From a virus (taxonomy: Duplodnaviria; Caudoviricetes): a DNA stretch of 43,821 nt. The stretch spans positions 1 through 43,821 of the IMG/VR virus record IMGVR_UViG_3300010398_000006. The stretch is one strand, 5' to 3'. The notes under the pieces were generated by a model, which was given only the letters and a program-made list of their open reading frames with translations, was not told the DNA's origin and searched no databases. This document shows positions 34,447-43,821 of this stretch, one piece after another (position 1 is the stretch's first letter; each line of letters starts with the position of its first letter). Both the position numbers and the translations under genes were made by a program.

Positions 34447-35736
34447 CTATGCGGCGGCCACCAGCGCCCCGGTGTCGGCCCACCGGTTGTCGCCCCACAC
34501 CATTCCCGGCTGCCTGAGGTCGAAGTCCGTCACCGGCCCGTAGAACCCACACTTGGAGTAGATGGCCTCGCCGAACACGTTGCTGGTGAAGGTGATGTAC
34601 TGCGCGGCGAATGGCTTTTGCGGGTTGTCGCCGCCGTAGAAGCAGAAGCTGCCGATGGTGTTAAGCAGGTTGCCGGTGATCACGTAGTGGTTGATCACGG
34701 CGAAGTCGGACATCAGCCCGATGGCCGAGGAGCAGCCCGCGGCGGGGCCGTCGTTGCACTCGACCGTGTTGTGGTTGATGACCGCGTCGGTGCCGTCGCC
34801 TACATACACGCCGTCTTTGTGGTCGCTGGTGTTGCCGCCCAGGCCGTGGATCCAGGAGTCCTGGATGATGACGTGGTTGCGCGGCGCCGCCCCGTGGCCG
34901 CTGCCGGACAGGTCGACCCGCTGCATGGTGAAGCCGTCGTCCTCGATCCCGACCGTGGTGCCGGAGCCGACGGAGGGGCAGCCGCAGGCAATGGTGGAGT
35001 CGCGGATGACCAGCGAGTTGAGGCCGGCGTTCTGCTTCGAAGTGACCGGGCCCTTGATCAGGGAGCGGGTGATGACCACCCCGGTCGCCTTGACCACCAC
35101 GGCACTGTTGAACTGGCACGCGTCGTAAGTGCCGGGCATGGTGATGGTGGTCGGGCAAGTGTGCAGCTGCACGCCGGCGGGGATGCCTGTGTTGCCGGGC
35201 CCGGGCCAGCAGCCGCCCCACGGGTCAGCGGCCCCGGGGAGGTTCCTCCCGGGCATCGGGCACGTGGCCGGGGAGGGACTTGGGCTGGGTGTTGGTGATG
35301 GACTCGGTGATGGGCTTGGAGTAGGCGTCGGGCTCGGCGACGGGGATGGGCTGGGGCTCGGCGAGGGCGACGGCGAGGGCGACGGCGATGGTGAAGGACT
35401 TGGGCTGGGCGATGGGCTAGGGCTCGGTGACGGCGAAGGAGACGGACTCGGAGAGGGAGACGGCGACGGGCTGGGTGATGGCGACGGCGCGGTGAGCGCG
35501 CTCACGCAGGTGTTCAGCCACGCCAGATCCTCCGGCGTCCGCGCGTCGTACCCCAGCGCCTGGCGGCACTCGTCGACGACCGACAGCGGCCCCGGGTCGG
35601 CCGCGGGCCCTGGTGCCGGGCGCATGGCCCCATGTACAACCAGAGCCGCCCCGGTCGTGGCGACCAGGGCGGCGATGGCGGCGGCGAATAGCCGCCTGGG
35701 TCTACTCATTCTCCGTACGTGGTTGCCCTCGTACAC
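34447..35736 (-). CDS. Secreted/surface protein: signal or TM anchor, (PS)n linker, beta-helix-like domain
   Basis: Hydrophobic N-terminus; long PS repeat; IQDSWIH...HKDG...NHNTV beta-helix pattern. Confidence 0.75.
   Translation of the reverse strand: MYEGNHVRRMSRPRRLFAAAIAALVATTGAALVVHGAMRPAPGPAADPGPLSVVDECRQALGYDARTPEDLAWLNTCVSALTAPSPSPSPSPSPSPSPSPSPSPSPSPSPSPSPSPSPSPSPSPSPSPSPSPSPSPTPTPSPSPSPSPTPSPSPSPATCPMPGRNLPGAADPWGGCWPGPGNTGIPAGVQLHTCPTTITMPGTYDACQFNSAVVVKATGVVITRSLIKGPVTSKQNAGLNSLVIRDSTIACGCPSVGSGTTVGIEDDGFTMQRVDLSGSGHGAAPRNHVIIQDSWIHGLGGNTSDHKDGVYVGDGTDAVINHNTVECNDGPAAGCSSAIGLMSDFAVINHYVITGNLLNTIGSFCFYGGDNPQKPFAAQYITFTSNVFGEAIYSKCGFYGPVTDFDLRQPGMVWGDNRWADTGALVAAA
35271..35487 (-). 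repeat. Codon-diversified Pro-Ser dipeptide repeat
   Basis: Seen in translation; the DNA is an imperfect 6-bp repeat. Confidence 0.85.
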
Positions 35737-35779
35737 GCCTTCTCCTTCATCAGCACCGGCGCCGATCGCCGGTGTGGTC

Positions 35780-36115
35780 TCAGCCCCGTGGACCGCCGTC
35801 GTAGGGCACGCCCATCCCAGCGGCGATGACGGCCGCGGACAAGTCGCGCCCGTCCGGCAGCGTGACGTTGCCCAGGACCCGGCCGTACTTGTCGAGGCTG
35901 TGCGAGACGACCGTCACCGCAGTCCCGGCAGGCAGCAGACCGTCCACGAACTCCCGCGCCGGCGGCCCGGCCGGAGTGGCCAGCTCGGGAGCATTCACGC
36001 CGGCCAGCCGGATACTCGCGGTGTAGGTGATGTGCCAGCCCAGGTCCAGGGCGACCTTGATGGTGTCGCCGTCGTGGACCTCAAGCACGGTGCCGGGAAC
36101 GGTCCAGGTGGTCAT
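35780..36115 (-). CDS. Thermonuclease (SNase-like)
   Basis: VHDGDT, IRLAGVNAPE, DKYGRVLG. Confidence 0.88.
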   Translation of the reverse strand: MTTWTVPGTVLEVHDGDTIKVALDLGWHITYTASIRLAGVNAPELATPAGPPAREFVDGLLPAGTAVTVVSHSLDKYGRVLGNVTLPDGRDLSAAVIAAGMGVPYDGGPRG

Positions 36116-36327
36116 GACAGGCCGAAGTGCAGCGGAAGCCACGCCAGCAGGGCGGCGAGCACAATGCGCGCGGCCTGATGCCACCAGCCAGCGCCGGTGA
36201 TGAGCCACATGACGTTGGACGTGAGGCTGCCGCGCTTCGCCCCGCTAACCAGGCCGATGCCCTCGAGCACGCCGAAGGAGACGAACACCAGCAGGGCCCA
36301 GATCAGCCACAGCAGCGGGAAGCTCAC
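36112..36327 (-). CDS. Small membrane protein
   Basis: Two hydrophobic segments; coupled. Confidence 0.7.
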   Translation of the reverse strand: MSFPLLWLIWALLVFVSFGVLEGIGLVSGAKRGSLTSNVMWLITGAGWWHQAARIVLAALLAWLPLHFGLS

Positions 36328-36569
36328 TTCGCACCCGGCGGCGGCAGCATCTTACGCATCCCGTACGACACGGCGGTCTGGATGGCTGTCTTCCCTGCCA
36401 GGCCGGCCAGGGTCAGCCAGTACGCCCGGGTCCAGGCGAAGTCCGAGCCGATAACTATCGGCCCGGCGGCGAGCAGGACCGCCGCGGCCACGTCGATGCC
36501 GAGGCCCTGCAGGAAGGTACGCCAAGCCCGGTTACGGGCGTCGGCGGTGGCCGGGTCGGGCTGGATCAT
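36324..36569 (-). CDS. Holin
   Basis: RAWRTFLQG N-terminal motif, two TM segments, lysis module. Confidence 0.65.
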   Translation of the reverse strand: MIQPDPATADARNRAWRTFLQGLGIDVAAAVLLAAGPIVIGSDFAWTRAYWLTLAGLAGKTAIQTAVSYGMRKMLPPPGAK

Positions 36570-36796
36570 GCGTTGGCCTGCGCAGTGGCGAGCGCGGCCC
36601 GCACGAAGCAGTCCTTCGCCTCGAGGAGCTTACGCAGCCCGGTGGTCAGCTCGGGCCCGTCGGGGAGCCGGTCGACCATGTCCTGGGCGAGGTCGTGGCA
36701 ACGCTCGCTGACACCACGCAGCGACACCTTCAGGTGCTCGTACTCGAAGTAGCGGGCGATCTGAACGGTGCTCGGGTGGCGGCCGCCAGTGTTCAT
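36566..36796 (-). CDS. Small helical-hairpin protein (Acb2/Tad1-like, tentative)
   Basis: FEYEHL...LPDGPELTTGLRKLLEAKDCFVRAA; GGAG RBS. Confidence 0.6.
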   Translation of the reverse strand: MNTGGRHPSTVQIARYFEYEHLKVSLRGVSERCHDLAQDMVDRLPDGPELTTGLRKLLEAKDCFVRAALATAQANA

Positions 36797-36995
36797 GCGC
36801 ACTCCTGTCGTAGGGTCGTGGTATGGGGTTGCCGTGGTGGCCGTGGGTGCCCGACCGGGACAGCGAGGGCCACGAGCTCGCACCGGGCATGGTGTCGGTG
36901 CACCGGTGCAGCTGCCGCGACGCCGTTCACCAGGTGGTGTACTGCCGGGTCACCGGGTGCCGTGCCGCGCCGGCCAGGCCGGAGGGCTGCCGGGG

Positions 36996-37325
36996 CTAGG
37001 CGGCTGGCTGTGTCTGCTCCACGACCCGGTCGACCGCGTCGCGCAGTGACCCTCCCCCGTTGGGGGCCAGCTGGGCCTCTACCGCCGCCAGCCGCGCCAC
37101 CACGTCCGCCTGCTTACCTTCGATTGACTCGAGTCTTGCGAACAGGCCAGGCCGTCCGTCGGGAAACCCAGGCCTCGGCGGCTCTCCTGCCAGGTCGTCG
37201 AGCAGCTGGTTGAGCTTGCGCATGACGCCGTACAGCCAGACGAGGCCTTTGCCGATGACGCCGAGGGCAGCGATGATCGCGGCGGCCAGGAGCAGGCCGC
37301 CGACGATCTGCATCACGGTCGACAC
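36996..37325 (-). CDS. Lysis-module membrane protein
   Basis: N-terminal TM, coiled coil, PNGGGSLRDAVDR motif. Confidence 0.7.
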   Translation of the reverse strand: MSTVMQIVGGLLLAAAIIAALGVIGKGLVWLYGVMRKLNQLLDDLAGEPPRPGFPDGRPGLFARLESIEGKQADVVARLAAVEAQLAPNGGGSLRDAVDRVVEQTQPAA

Positions 37326-38171
37326 CTACTCGGTCGGCTGCGCCGGCCCGGTTTCGCCGACCGGGTGCGTGTGCGCGACGAGGCCGCCCGCGCCGGTGAG
37401 GCCCGCGACCATCGCCTTCAGCGCGGCCAGCTCGGCGTCGATCCGATCCAGTCGGGCCTTGTTCTGGTTTGGGCGGCCCGCGCTCGGGGCGTCCGTCCAC
37501 TCGATGGTGTCCAGGTCGTCGAAGATGGCCTGGCCGCGGCCGATCGCGTCGCGAATCAGTGCCCACTGTTCGTCGGTCATGTCGTCCTCCGCTCCCGGCC
37601 CCCACTGGCCGAAGTTGTTCTGGCGAGCTCGGCATAGGTCGACGACGCCGCCGGCCAGGTTGACGTCGTTCTGGTACTGCTCCACGTGGTTGCCGGTGAA
37701 CCACCGCCCGTACGACCAGGCGTAGGTCTGGAAGAACCAGCGGGCCACCCGGTCCCGGAGGGCCCACTGCATGGCCCGGATGCCGCCGTAGACGCCGACC
37801 CGGCCGGCGCCGAGCACCGTGGCCGCCCCGTTGAGGTACGCGGCGCAGGTGGGCCACTGGGCCTCGGTGACGTCGAAGTCGACGGCGAAGTAGATCGGCA
37901 CCGTGTCCGGTGCGCCGACGGTGCGGGCGCCCGCGAGGGAGGACTGGGCGTGCGCGACGCCGACGGGGAAGCCGCCCAGGGCGCCGTTGGCGGTGCCTTC
38001 CCCGAGCAGGCATATCGAGAGACCGGCGGCCCAGATTTGGTCGCGCTCGTCGACGTGGAGGTGCTTGTCGTCGGTGCCTGGGCCGACGTACCGCATCGCG
38101 AACTCGAGGCCCGCGGCCGCGAGGCCGGCCGGGTTGGGGTGGGAGAACGCGTAGTCGCATCCCTGGGTCAC
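37326..38171 (-). CDS. Endolysin, DUF1906/GH25-like glycoside hydrolase
   Basis: GCDYA, FAMRY, PIYFAVDFD, GVYGG, WFFQTYAWS. Confidence 0.85.
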   Translation of the reverse strand: MTQGCDYAFSHPNPAGLAAAGLEFAMRYVGPGTDDKHLHVDERDQIWAAGLSICLLGEGTANGALGGFPVGVAHAQSSLAGARTVGAPDTVPIYFAVDFDVTEAQWPTCAAYLNGAATVLGAGRVGVYGGIRAMQWALRDRVARWFFQTYAWSYGRWFTGNHVEQYQNDVNLAGGVVDLCRARQNNFGQWGPGAEDDMTDEQWALIRDAIGRGQAIFDDLDTIEWTDAPSAGRPNQNKARLDRIDAELAALKAMVAGLTGAGGLVAHTHPVGETGPAQPTE

Positions 38172-38572
38172 GGCGTCACCTTCCCTGGGGCCTGGGCGGC
38201 CGCTACGACCGCCGCGAGGTCGTCTGGGTGCAGCTGGGCCAGGACTGTCTGCGCAGCGTCGATCTGCGCCTGCCTGGCGGCCTCCGCGCGGGCCTGGGCG
38301 TGAGCGGCGACCGCGGCCGGGTCCACCTTCGTTAGGTCGTCCACGGTGAGCACGGTGGCTGCGGCCATCAGGGTGGGGTGGGGTTCGCCGAAGGTCATGG
38401 CCACCGACCGGGTCGCCGCGTCGGACAGCCAATCGTCGACGGGTGGGAACCCGGTCGCCACCCGCATCCGATTGATCAGGAGCTCGCGCGGTTCGTCGCC
38501 CAGGGCGCCCGGGTCGCCAAGGTTGCACACCCACACGCTGGGGGCCTGCCGGATGATCAGCCACGCGTCCAT
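38168..38572 (-). CDS. Hypothetical tail-associated protein
   Basis: ATG coupled to the upstream stop. Confidence 0.6.
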   Translation of the reverse strand: MDAWLIIRQAPSVWVCNLGDPGALGDEPRELLINRMRVATGFPPVDDWLSDAATRSVAMTFGEPHPTLMAAATVLTVDDLTKVDPAAVAAHAQARAEAARQAQIDAAQTVLAQLHPDDLAAVVAAAQAPGKVTP

Positions 38573-39114
38573 CAGGTGCTCACCCACCGAATCGAGGCCG
38601 TTGCGTTCGTTTGGGCCGGGGCGCCGGCGAGCGTGTTCAGCGCGCCGCCGGACTCCTGGTAGCCCTGCAACTCGACGACGTCGCTGACGTTCAGGAAGAT
38701 GAGCATGGTTCTTGTGACGACCTCGGCGTCGGACGCTGCGGTGGCTGGGCCGGCCTGCTGGCTGCCGTTGAGGATCCCGCCGTTCACGACCCAGGCGGAG
38801 GCGCGGCGGCCGGTGGCGTTGGCCGTCCACGCGATCGCCCCGGTCACCTCGTACCAGCCCGAATACACGGCGGTGTACCGGGACGTGTTGCTCGAGGTGG
38901 AGTGGCCGCCGGCGCCGGTCGGGTCCTTGTCCACGTCCTCCACGTCGAAGGTGATCGACGTGAACGTGGTGTTGGGGACGCTCTGGGCCACCTGCTGCCG
39001 CAGCTGGGCGGTCGGCGGGGCTTGCAGGAACGCGACCGCCTGGACCACGGCCGAGAGCTGCGAGGTGGTGTACACACCGCCCGTGACCGCGGGCAGGACA
39101 GGGACCTGCGCCAT
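38572..39114 (-). CDS. Minor tail/fibre protein (C1q-like beta domain)
   Basis: ITFDVED...SRYTAVYSGWYEV...DVVEL pattern. Confidence 0.7.
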   Translation of the reverse strand: MAQVPVLPAVTGGVYTTSQLSAVVQAVAFLQAPPTAQLRQQVAQSVPNTTFTSITFDVEDVDKDPTGAGGHSTSSNTSRYTAVYSGWYEVTGAIAWTANATGRRASAWVVNGGILNGSQQAGPATAASDAEVVTRTMLIFLNVSDVVELQGYQESGGALNTLAGAPAQTNATASIRWVST

Positions 39115-39126
39115 CAGCCCTCACTC

Positions 39127-39843
39127 TCAGAAGGGAAGAGCATCGGTACCGTCCAGACGCGAGCTGCCGAGCCGGAACCATGGCCCCTCAACACCGGGGG
39201 ATGAGCCCAGCAGCGGGGCGGTCGTCCACTCCGCAACCCGATCGGTCACCGAGGACGCGTGTTGGATGCCTTCGATCACCAGGGACTGGGCGCCGATCGG
39301 CAACCCCGCAGGGACGGGCAGGACGGTGGTGTGGCCGGGGGCGTCCTGCACGGTGCCGGGCCCGAGTGTGAAGCGGTCGCCGATCTCGCGGCCTAGGATG
39401 CGCCACCGCTCTTCGTCCGTACGGGGGACCAGCGACATGGTGATGGTGGGGCAGCGCATCAGCGGGTTGGCGTAGTAGGTGGTCAGGAACGCGGCCAGGT
39501 TCGCCGCGTCGTCCGGGCTGATCGTGTCGAGTGTCGTGGCGGCCGCGAACACCCCGTACGTGGTCTGGGAGGCGGTGGCGTTCACGGTGGCCGCGGCCTG
39601 GTTGACCCGGGTGATCGCGGCCGAGTTGATCGGTTGGTCGGCGCGGAGCTCAATTGGCACGGTGAGCCACGTCCACGGGATGACCGTGGCGTCCGGGGCG
39701 CCGGAACCCCAGAACCAGTCGTTGACGACGAGGCTCGCCGGCGAGGTGGGCCGCTCCACGTCAACGATGAGGTCGTCGTCGGTCCATTCGCCCATGCCCA
39801 TCACGGCGCCCTTGCCGGACGCCGACGTGATGTTCAGCGGCAC
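39127..39843 (-). CDS. Minor tail protein
   Basis: SQTTYG, REIGDR and C-terminal FRLGSSRLDG motifs. Confidence 0.7.
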   Translation of the reverse strand: MPLNITSASGKGAVMGMGEWTDDDLIVDVERPTSPASLVVNDWFWGSGAPDATVIPWTWLTVPIELRADQPINSAAITRVNQAAATVNATASQTTYGVFAAATTLDTISPDDAANLAAFLTTYYANPLMRCPTITMSLVPRTDEERWRILGREIGDRFTLGPGTVQDAPGHTTVLPVPAGLPIGAQSLVIEGIQHASSVTDRVAEWTTAPLLGSSPGVEGPWFRLGSSRLDGTDALPF

Positions 39844-39846
39844 CGG

Positions 39847-40668
39847 TCAGCCCTGGGCGTACGAGAGGGAGCCGTACGTGGCGCCGACCGCGGTGCCGGT
39901 CGGGATGTACACCAGCTGCAGCACCGACGCGTCCCACACGGTTGGCCGGCCGAGCTGGGTGAAGCTCAGGTAGTTCGTGACCGCGGTGACCGGGCCGGGC
40001 GGTAGTTCGCAGACGAGCCGGAACGCGATCAGGTGGATCTGCCCGGACACGTACGAGGTGCCCAGGGTGATGGACTGCACCGATCGGACGCCGACGTCGC
40101 CGGCCTGAAGGCTGAACACCACGAAGGTGCCCTGCGGGGCGGTAGCCGGGAACGAGGTCAGGGTGGCGGTGCGTCCGGCCACCCCTGCCGAGTTGGTGTA
40201 GGACACCGTGGTGTTCGTGATCGGGGCGCCGTTGCCTGTGGCGGCCGAGCACTCCAACGCCAGGACCACGCCGACACCCGAGGTGGATGCGGAGGCGTCG
40301 CGGGCTGGCAGGGTGGGCTGGGTGATCGCCTGGGCGCCGGTGGTGGTGACGACTGGGACGTTGCCCCACTGCCGGTCGACCAACCACATGCCGCCGACGT
40401 TGCCGGCCTGCGTGGCGTTCGCGCGCAGGATGACGCTGGTGGCGCCGGCGACCGCGGCGGGCATGCCGATCTGCCCGGCCACCGCTGGACCGGTGAAGTT
40501 CGCCCCGTTGAGGCCACCGGTCGGGGCGGCGCCGGCGCCGACGATCCCGGTCCCGTACCACGGGGTGTGCGGGATGCCGGCCGCCTTCGCGGTGACCGGG
40601 TCCTTGCCCCAAACGGTGGGAACGCCGATGATCGCGGCGGTCAGACCGTCCATTGAGCTCAGTGGCAT
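39847..40668 (-). CDS. Minor tail/structural protein
   Basis: GGAG RBS; YTNSAGVAGRT and LQAGDVGVRSVQS. Confidence 0.65.
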   Translation of the reverse strand: MPLSSMDGLTAAIIGVPTVWGKDPVTAKAAGIPHTPWYGTGIVGAGAAPTGGLNGANFTGPAVAGQIGMPAAVAGATSVILRANATQAGNVGGMWLVDRQWGNVPVVTTTGAQAITQPTLPARDASASTSGVGVVLALECSAATGNGAPITNTTVSYTNSAGVAGRTATLTSFPATAPQGTFVVFSLQAGDVGVRSVQSITLGTSYVSGQIHLIAFRLVCELPPGPVTAVTNYLSFTQLGRPTVWDASVLQLVYIPTGTAVGATYGSLSYAQG

Positions 40669-40676
40669 CAGCTCTC

Positions 40677-42113
40677 CTACACATTGAGGATCCGGATACG
40701 GTCGTGGAAGACGGCGCGGCCGTCGCCGCCGGCGAAGAAGCGGCCCCGTTCGGTGGTGACCGCGTTCTGGATCGCGGTGAGCGGGTCCTGCCCGGCGAGC
40801 TTGGCCTGCTGCATGTACGACACACCGGGGTCGACAGCCCGGTCGGTGGACAGCACGCCGGCGTAGTCGAGGATCGTGTTGACCCGTTGCCCGGGCAGCT
40901 GCCACTCCAGCCCGTACAGACCCATCTGCCGCTGGGCCAGGAAGTCCGTCCGGGTGAAGTCAGCCGGTGCCCCGTAGTAGATCTGGGCGTGGGCGACGTT
41001 GCCGCACCAGTTGTTTCCGATCCAAGTGTGGGAGACGGTCACCGACGCTGGTGGTGAGCCGGTGACCACGCCGGCGATGGTCTGCCCGTCGACCCACAGG
41101 GTGCACGCCTGCGGCGACAGGGTGAACTGCAGGCCGAGGATCATCCACCGCCCAGTGGAGGTCTCAGGGATCGGGCCGGCGTCGATGCTGCTGGCCCCGC
41201 CGCCGAACTGGCCGCCGCCGCGCCACCGAGGGCCGCCGGTGTTATTGACGTAGATCTCGATCGCGTCGGTGATCGCCCCGGTGGTGGGGTCGGTGGCGAA
41301 TAGGGCGAACATGTCCTGCGGCTGGGCGGCGGAGAAATCGGTCACCCGGCGCACCCACAGGAGCAGCGTCAGGGCGTTGGTGCCGGACAAGGTGATCGGA
41401 GAAGAGAGGGTTCCGGTCAGGACGGTGCCGTCGGCGCCGATGCCGTCGGAGAAGTTGATGAGCACCGGCGACAGGTCGTCGCCGGGGAGACTCGGACCGC
41501 CCTGCGGGGAGATGGTCAGCGTCGGACCGCCGGGGTTGAGCCCAAGGTCGGGGGCGAGGGTGTCCTTGCCGGTGATGGGCGGGAAGCGGTTCGACGGCGC
41601 GGACAGGGTCCAGTAGTTCTTCAGGGCGCTGTTGCGGACGTTGTACAGGATGTGTTCGCCGAGGTTGGAGACGAACTTGCGGCCGCGGGCCAGCCTGGTC
41701 AGGCGGTCGGTGCAGGTGAGCTGGACGGTCTGGTACCCGGTGGGCTGCCAGTTGTTGACGTCGGGGAACTCGATCCACCCGGTGAACAGAACGAAGGTGC
41801 GCCCTCCGATGGTCTCCGTGTAGCGGACCTTCTTCGCCGGCGTCCACGTGGCCCCGTACGGGCCGCCGGTGTACCCGAACGTGAACCGGTTGTCGGTGTT
41901 GTCCAGGTCGCATGTCAACTGGCTGGGTTGGGTTTGGTCCAGTTCCGTCTGGCGGCCGCGGTTGATGCGCAGCGGGTTGTCCTCGGTGCGCACGAACACG
42001 GTGATGTCCTGCCACACCGGGAACGGGTCGTCCGGGTTCCCCGCGGACCACTCCAGGCGGCCGATGCCGCCGAAGACCGAGGGCGCCCCGGTCGGGCCCA
42101 GGCTCTGCGGCAT
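40677..42113 (-). CDS. Minor tail protein with LamG/ConA-like segment
   Basis: WQDIT, RGRQTELD, LDNTDNRFT; follows the tape measure. Confidence 0.75.
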   Translation of the reverse strand: MPQSLGPTGAPSVFGGIGRLEWSAGNPDDPFPVWQDITVFVRTEDNPLRINRGRQTELDQTQPSQLTCDLDNTDNRFTFGYTGGPYGATWTPAKKVRYTETIGGRTFVLFTGWIEFPDVNNWQPTGYQTVQLTCTDRLTRLARGRKFVSNLGEHILYNVRNSALKNYWTLSAPSNRFPPITGKDTLAPDLGLNPGGPTLTISPQGGPSLPGDDLSPVLINFSDGIGADGTVLTGTLSSPITLSGTNALTLLLWVRRVTDFSAAQPQDMFALFATDPTTGAITDAIEIYVNNTGGPRWRGGGQFGGGASSIDAGPIPETSTGRWMILGLQFTLSPQACTLWVDGQTIAGVVTGSPPASVTVSHTWIGNNWCGNVAHAQIYYGAPADFTRTDFLAQRQMGLYGLEWQLPGQRVNTILDYAGVLSTDRAVDPGVSYMQQAKLAGQDPLTAIQNAVTTERGRFFAGGDGRAVFHDRIRILNV

Positions 42114-43821
42114 CAGATCGCCTTCGCGGTGGCGGGGTAGAGGGCGGCGGGCCCGGTCACACCCTTACGCCGGGCCAAGCGCAGCTGCCCCTGCCAGATC
42201 TCGCGGCTGTCCAGGTGGATGTGGGCGTGGATGACCTGGTCCCCGCCGCCGCCGCCGCCGGGTGGGGTGACGGTCTCTCCACCGTGGACCACGGCGAGCA
42301 TGGGGGCGCCGATGGGTCCGGGCACGACACCGCCCGCGGCGAAGTGGGGGAACATGCCGGCGCTGTTCGTCGACCCGCCGGTGCTTCCGGTGACCGCGCC
42401 GCCCAGGTCCGGCAGGGGCGGTGGGGCCAGGTGGGGCACGTTGCCGGTGCCGCCGATGTGCTTGTCCAGCCAGGAGAAGAAGTCCATGACCTTGTTGAAG
42501 ATCGGGCCGACCTTGTTGTAGAACCAGTCGTAGACCACGATCGCGGTGTCCTTGAAGAACGTGCCCCAGGTCATGTGCACCTGGTTGAGCCAGTCGTTCA
42601 GCTTGATGATCTCGTACACCAGGAACGCAATGGCAGCCGCGATGACGAGGAACTCCCAGGTGGCGGCGACGTTGGCCGCGGCGGCGGCGATCATGTTGAC
42701 GGTGTAGGCGGCGATCGCGACGGCGAGGACGCCGCCGATGACGCCGGCGAGGATCTCGGCCTGTTCCTTGTGCTTCTTGGTCCAGTCGACCGCGTCCATG
42801 ATCTTCGGTATGAGGTAGTTGCCCAGCTTGACCCCGGCCGCCTCCAGGGTGGCGATCAGGTCGTCCCATTTCTGCTTGAACTGGGTCTGCTGGTCCGCCC
42901 ACGCCTGCTGCACGCCGGTGACCCGCGACTGGGAGGTGCCGAGCTGGTCGTACTTCGAGCGCAGCTTGTCGATCTCCTCCAGCATCGTCAGGATGCTGCC
43001 TGACGTCTTGCCGCCGCCGAACGCCTGCTCCAACACCTGCGTCTGCTCCACCGCGGACAGGCCGGAGTCCTCGAGGTGTTTCTTCAGGTCCTCCATCGCC
43101 ACCAGCAGACCGTTGGGCTGGCGCAGGTCCGTGGCCAGCGAGGTGGCCTCCAGGCCGATCCGCGACAGGGCCGCGATGGCCGGGTGCGACGGGGCGGCCA
43201 TCATCGAGATCGTCATGCGCAGCCGGGTGGCGGCCTCGTCCGCCGGCGTGCTGTTGTCGGCGATCGTGGCCAGGGCGGCGGAGAAGTCCGCCATCCCCAA
43301 CCCGGCGGACTTGAAGCTGGGCAGGATGCCGGTGCCGATCGCCGCGGCCAGCTGCTGCATCCGCATGTCGCCCATACCCACCGTGGAGTTCATGAACGCG
43401 ATCGCGTCGGTGGCGTTCTGCACGTCCTTCATCCCCACCGACATCACGCCGGACATGGCGTAGGTGACATCATCAAGATCAGCCATGCCGATCTTGGCCA
43501 GGTGGGCGGACTGCTCCAACACATCCAACGCCTGCGCACCGCGCAGCCCGGAGGACTCGATATGGTAGAGGCCTTCGGCGAGCTTCTCGGGGCCGATGCC
43601 GACCGCGCCGGACAGCGCAAGGACCTTGTCCTTGAGTCCGTCCACTTCGGACTGCGACGCCCCGGCCTGGGTGTGGATCATCTCCATGGCCTGGTCGAAG
43701 TTCATCGCCATCTTCACGCTCTCGAACCCGACCGCGGCGGTGCCGATCGCCAGGCCCTCCAGCGCCAACTTGCCGGCCGCGGCCATCTTGGTCATGGCTG
43801 CCTGGAAGCCGCCCATCTCGG
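42113..43821 (-). CDS. Tape measure protein, 3' part
   Basis: TP901-like core; FAAGGVVPGP...VHGGETV C-terminal motif. Confidence 0.92.
   Translation of the reverse strand, partial: EMGGFQAAMTKMAAAGKLALEGLAIGTAAVGFESVKMAMNFDQAMEMIHTQAGASQSEVDGLKDKVLALSGAVGIGPEKLAEGLYHIESSGLRGAQALDVLEQSAHLAKIGMADLDDVTYAMSGVMSVGMKDVQNATDAIAFMNSTVGMGDMRMQQLAAAIGTGILPSFKSAGLGMADFSAALATIADNSTPADEAATRLRMTISMMAAPSHPAIAALSRIGLEATSLATDLRQPNGLLVAMEDLKKHLEDSGLSAVEQTQVLEQAFGGGKTSGSILTMLEEIDKLRSKYDQLGTSQSRVTGVQQAWADQQTQFKQKWDDLIATLEAAGVKLGNYLIPKIMDAVDWTKKHKEQAEILAGVIGGVLAVAIAAYTVNMIAAAAANVAATWEFLVIAAAIAFLVYEIIKLNDWLNQVHMTWGTFFKDTAIVVYDWFYNKVGPIFNKVMDFFSWLDKHIGGTGNVPHLAPPPLPDLGGAVTGSTGGSTNSAGMFPHFAAGGVVPGPIGAPMLAVVHGGETVTPPGGGGGGDQVIHAHIHLDSREIWQGQLRLARRKGVTGPAALYPATAKAI

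Larger units (their letters stand above)
1..43821. mobile_element. Complete temperate actinobacteriophage genome, excised/circular form
   Basis: Packaging, head, tail, lysis, integration, immunity and replication modules all present; apparent attP; circular overlap. Confidence 0.95.

Overview
A complete, circularly permuted genome of a high-GC temperate actinobacteriophage (siphovirus-type), about 43,698 bp. Bases 1-123 are identical to 43699-43821, and the tape-measure gene runs across this join. The host is probably a filamentous actinomycete (inference). Minus-strand order: cro, early genes (sigma-BldN-like ECF, Sak4-like ATPase, UvrD helicase, Lsr2-domain protein, Rep with iterons, BldC-like HTH), HNH, terminases, portal, a 1169-aa MuF fusion ending in an ADP-ribosyltransferase, protease, capsid, neck/tail, tape measure, minor tails, lysis, then accessory genes. 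The plus strand carries the repressor, an attP (3' half of tRNA-Val), a tyrosine integrase and a separate transcription unit. The most unusual feature is in that unit: about 800 nt without a credible ORF (32788-33600), containing 2-3 degenerate tRNA-like folds. Two of these folds are each followed by a copy of the same two-stem motif. The region lies behind an operator-bearing promoter and upstream of a membrane-protein gene. Other highlights: a multi-domain MuF toxin with candidate immunity micro-ORFs, a possible +1 frameshift fusing portal to MuF, and two homologues of host developmental regulators (BldN, BldC). All family calls come from motif recognition by eye; no searches were run.
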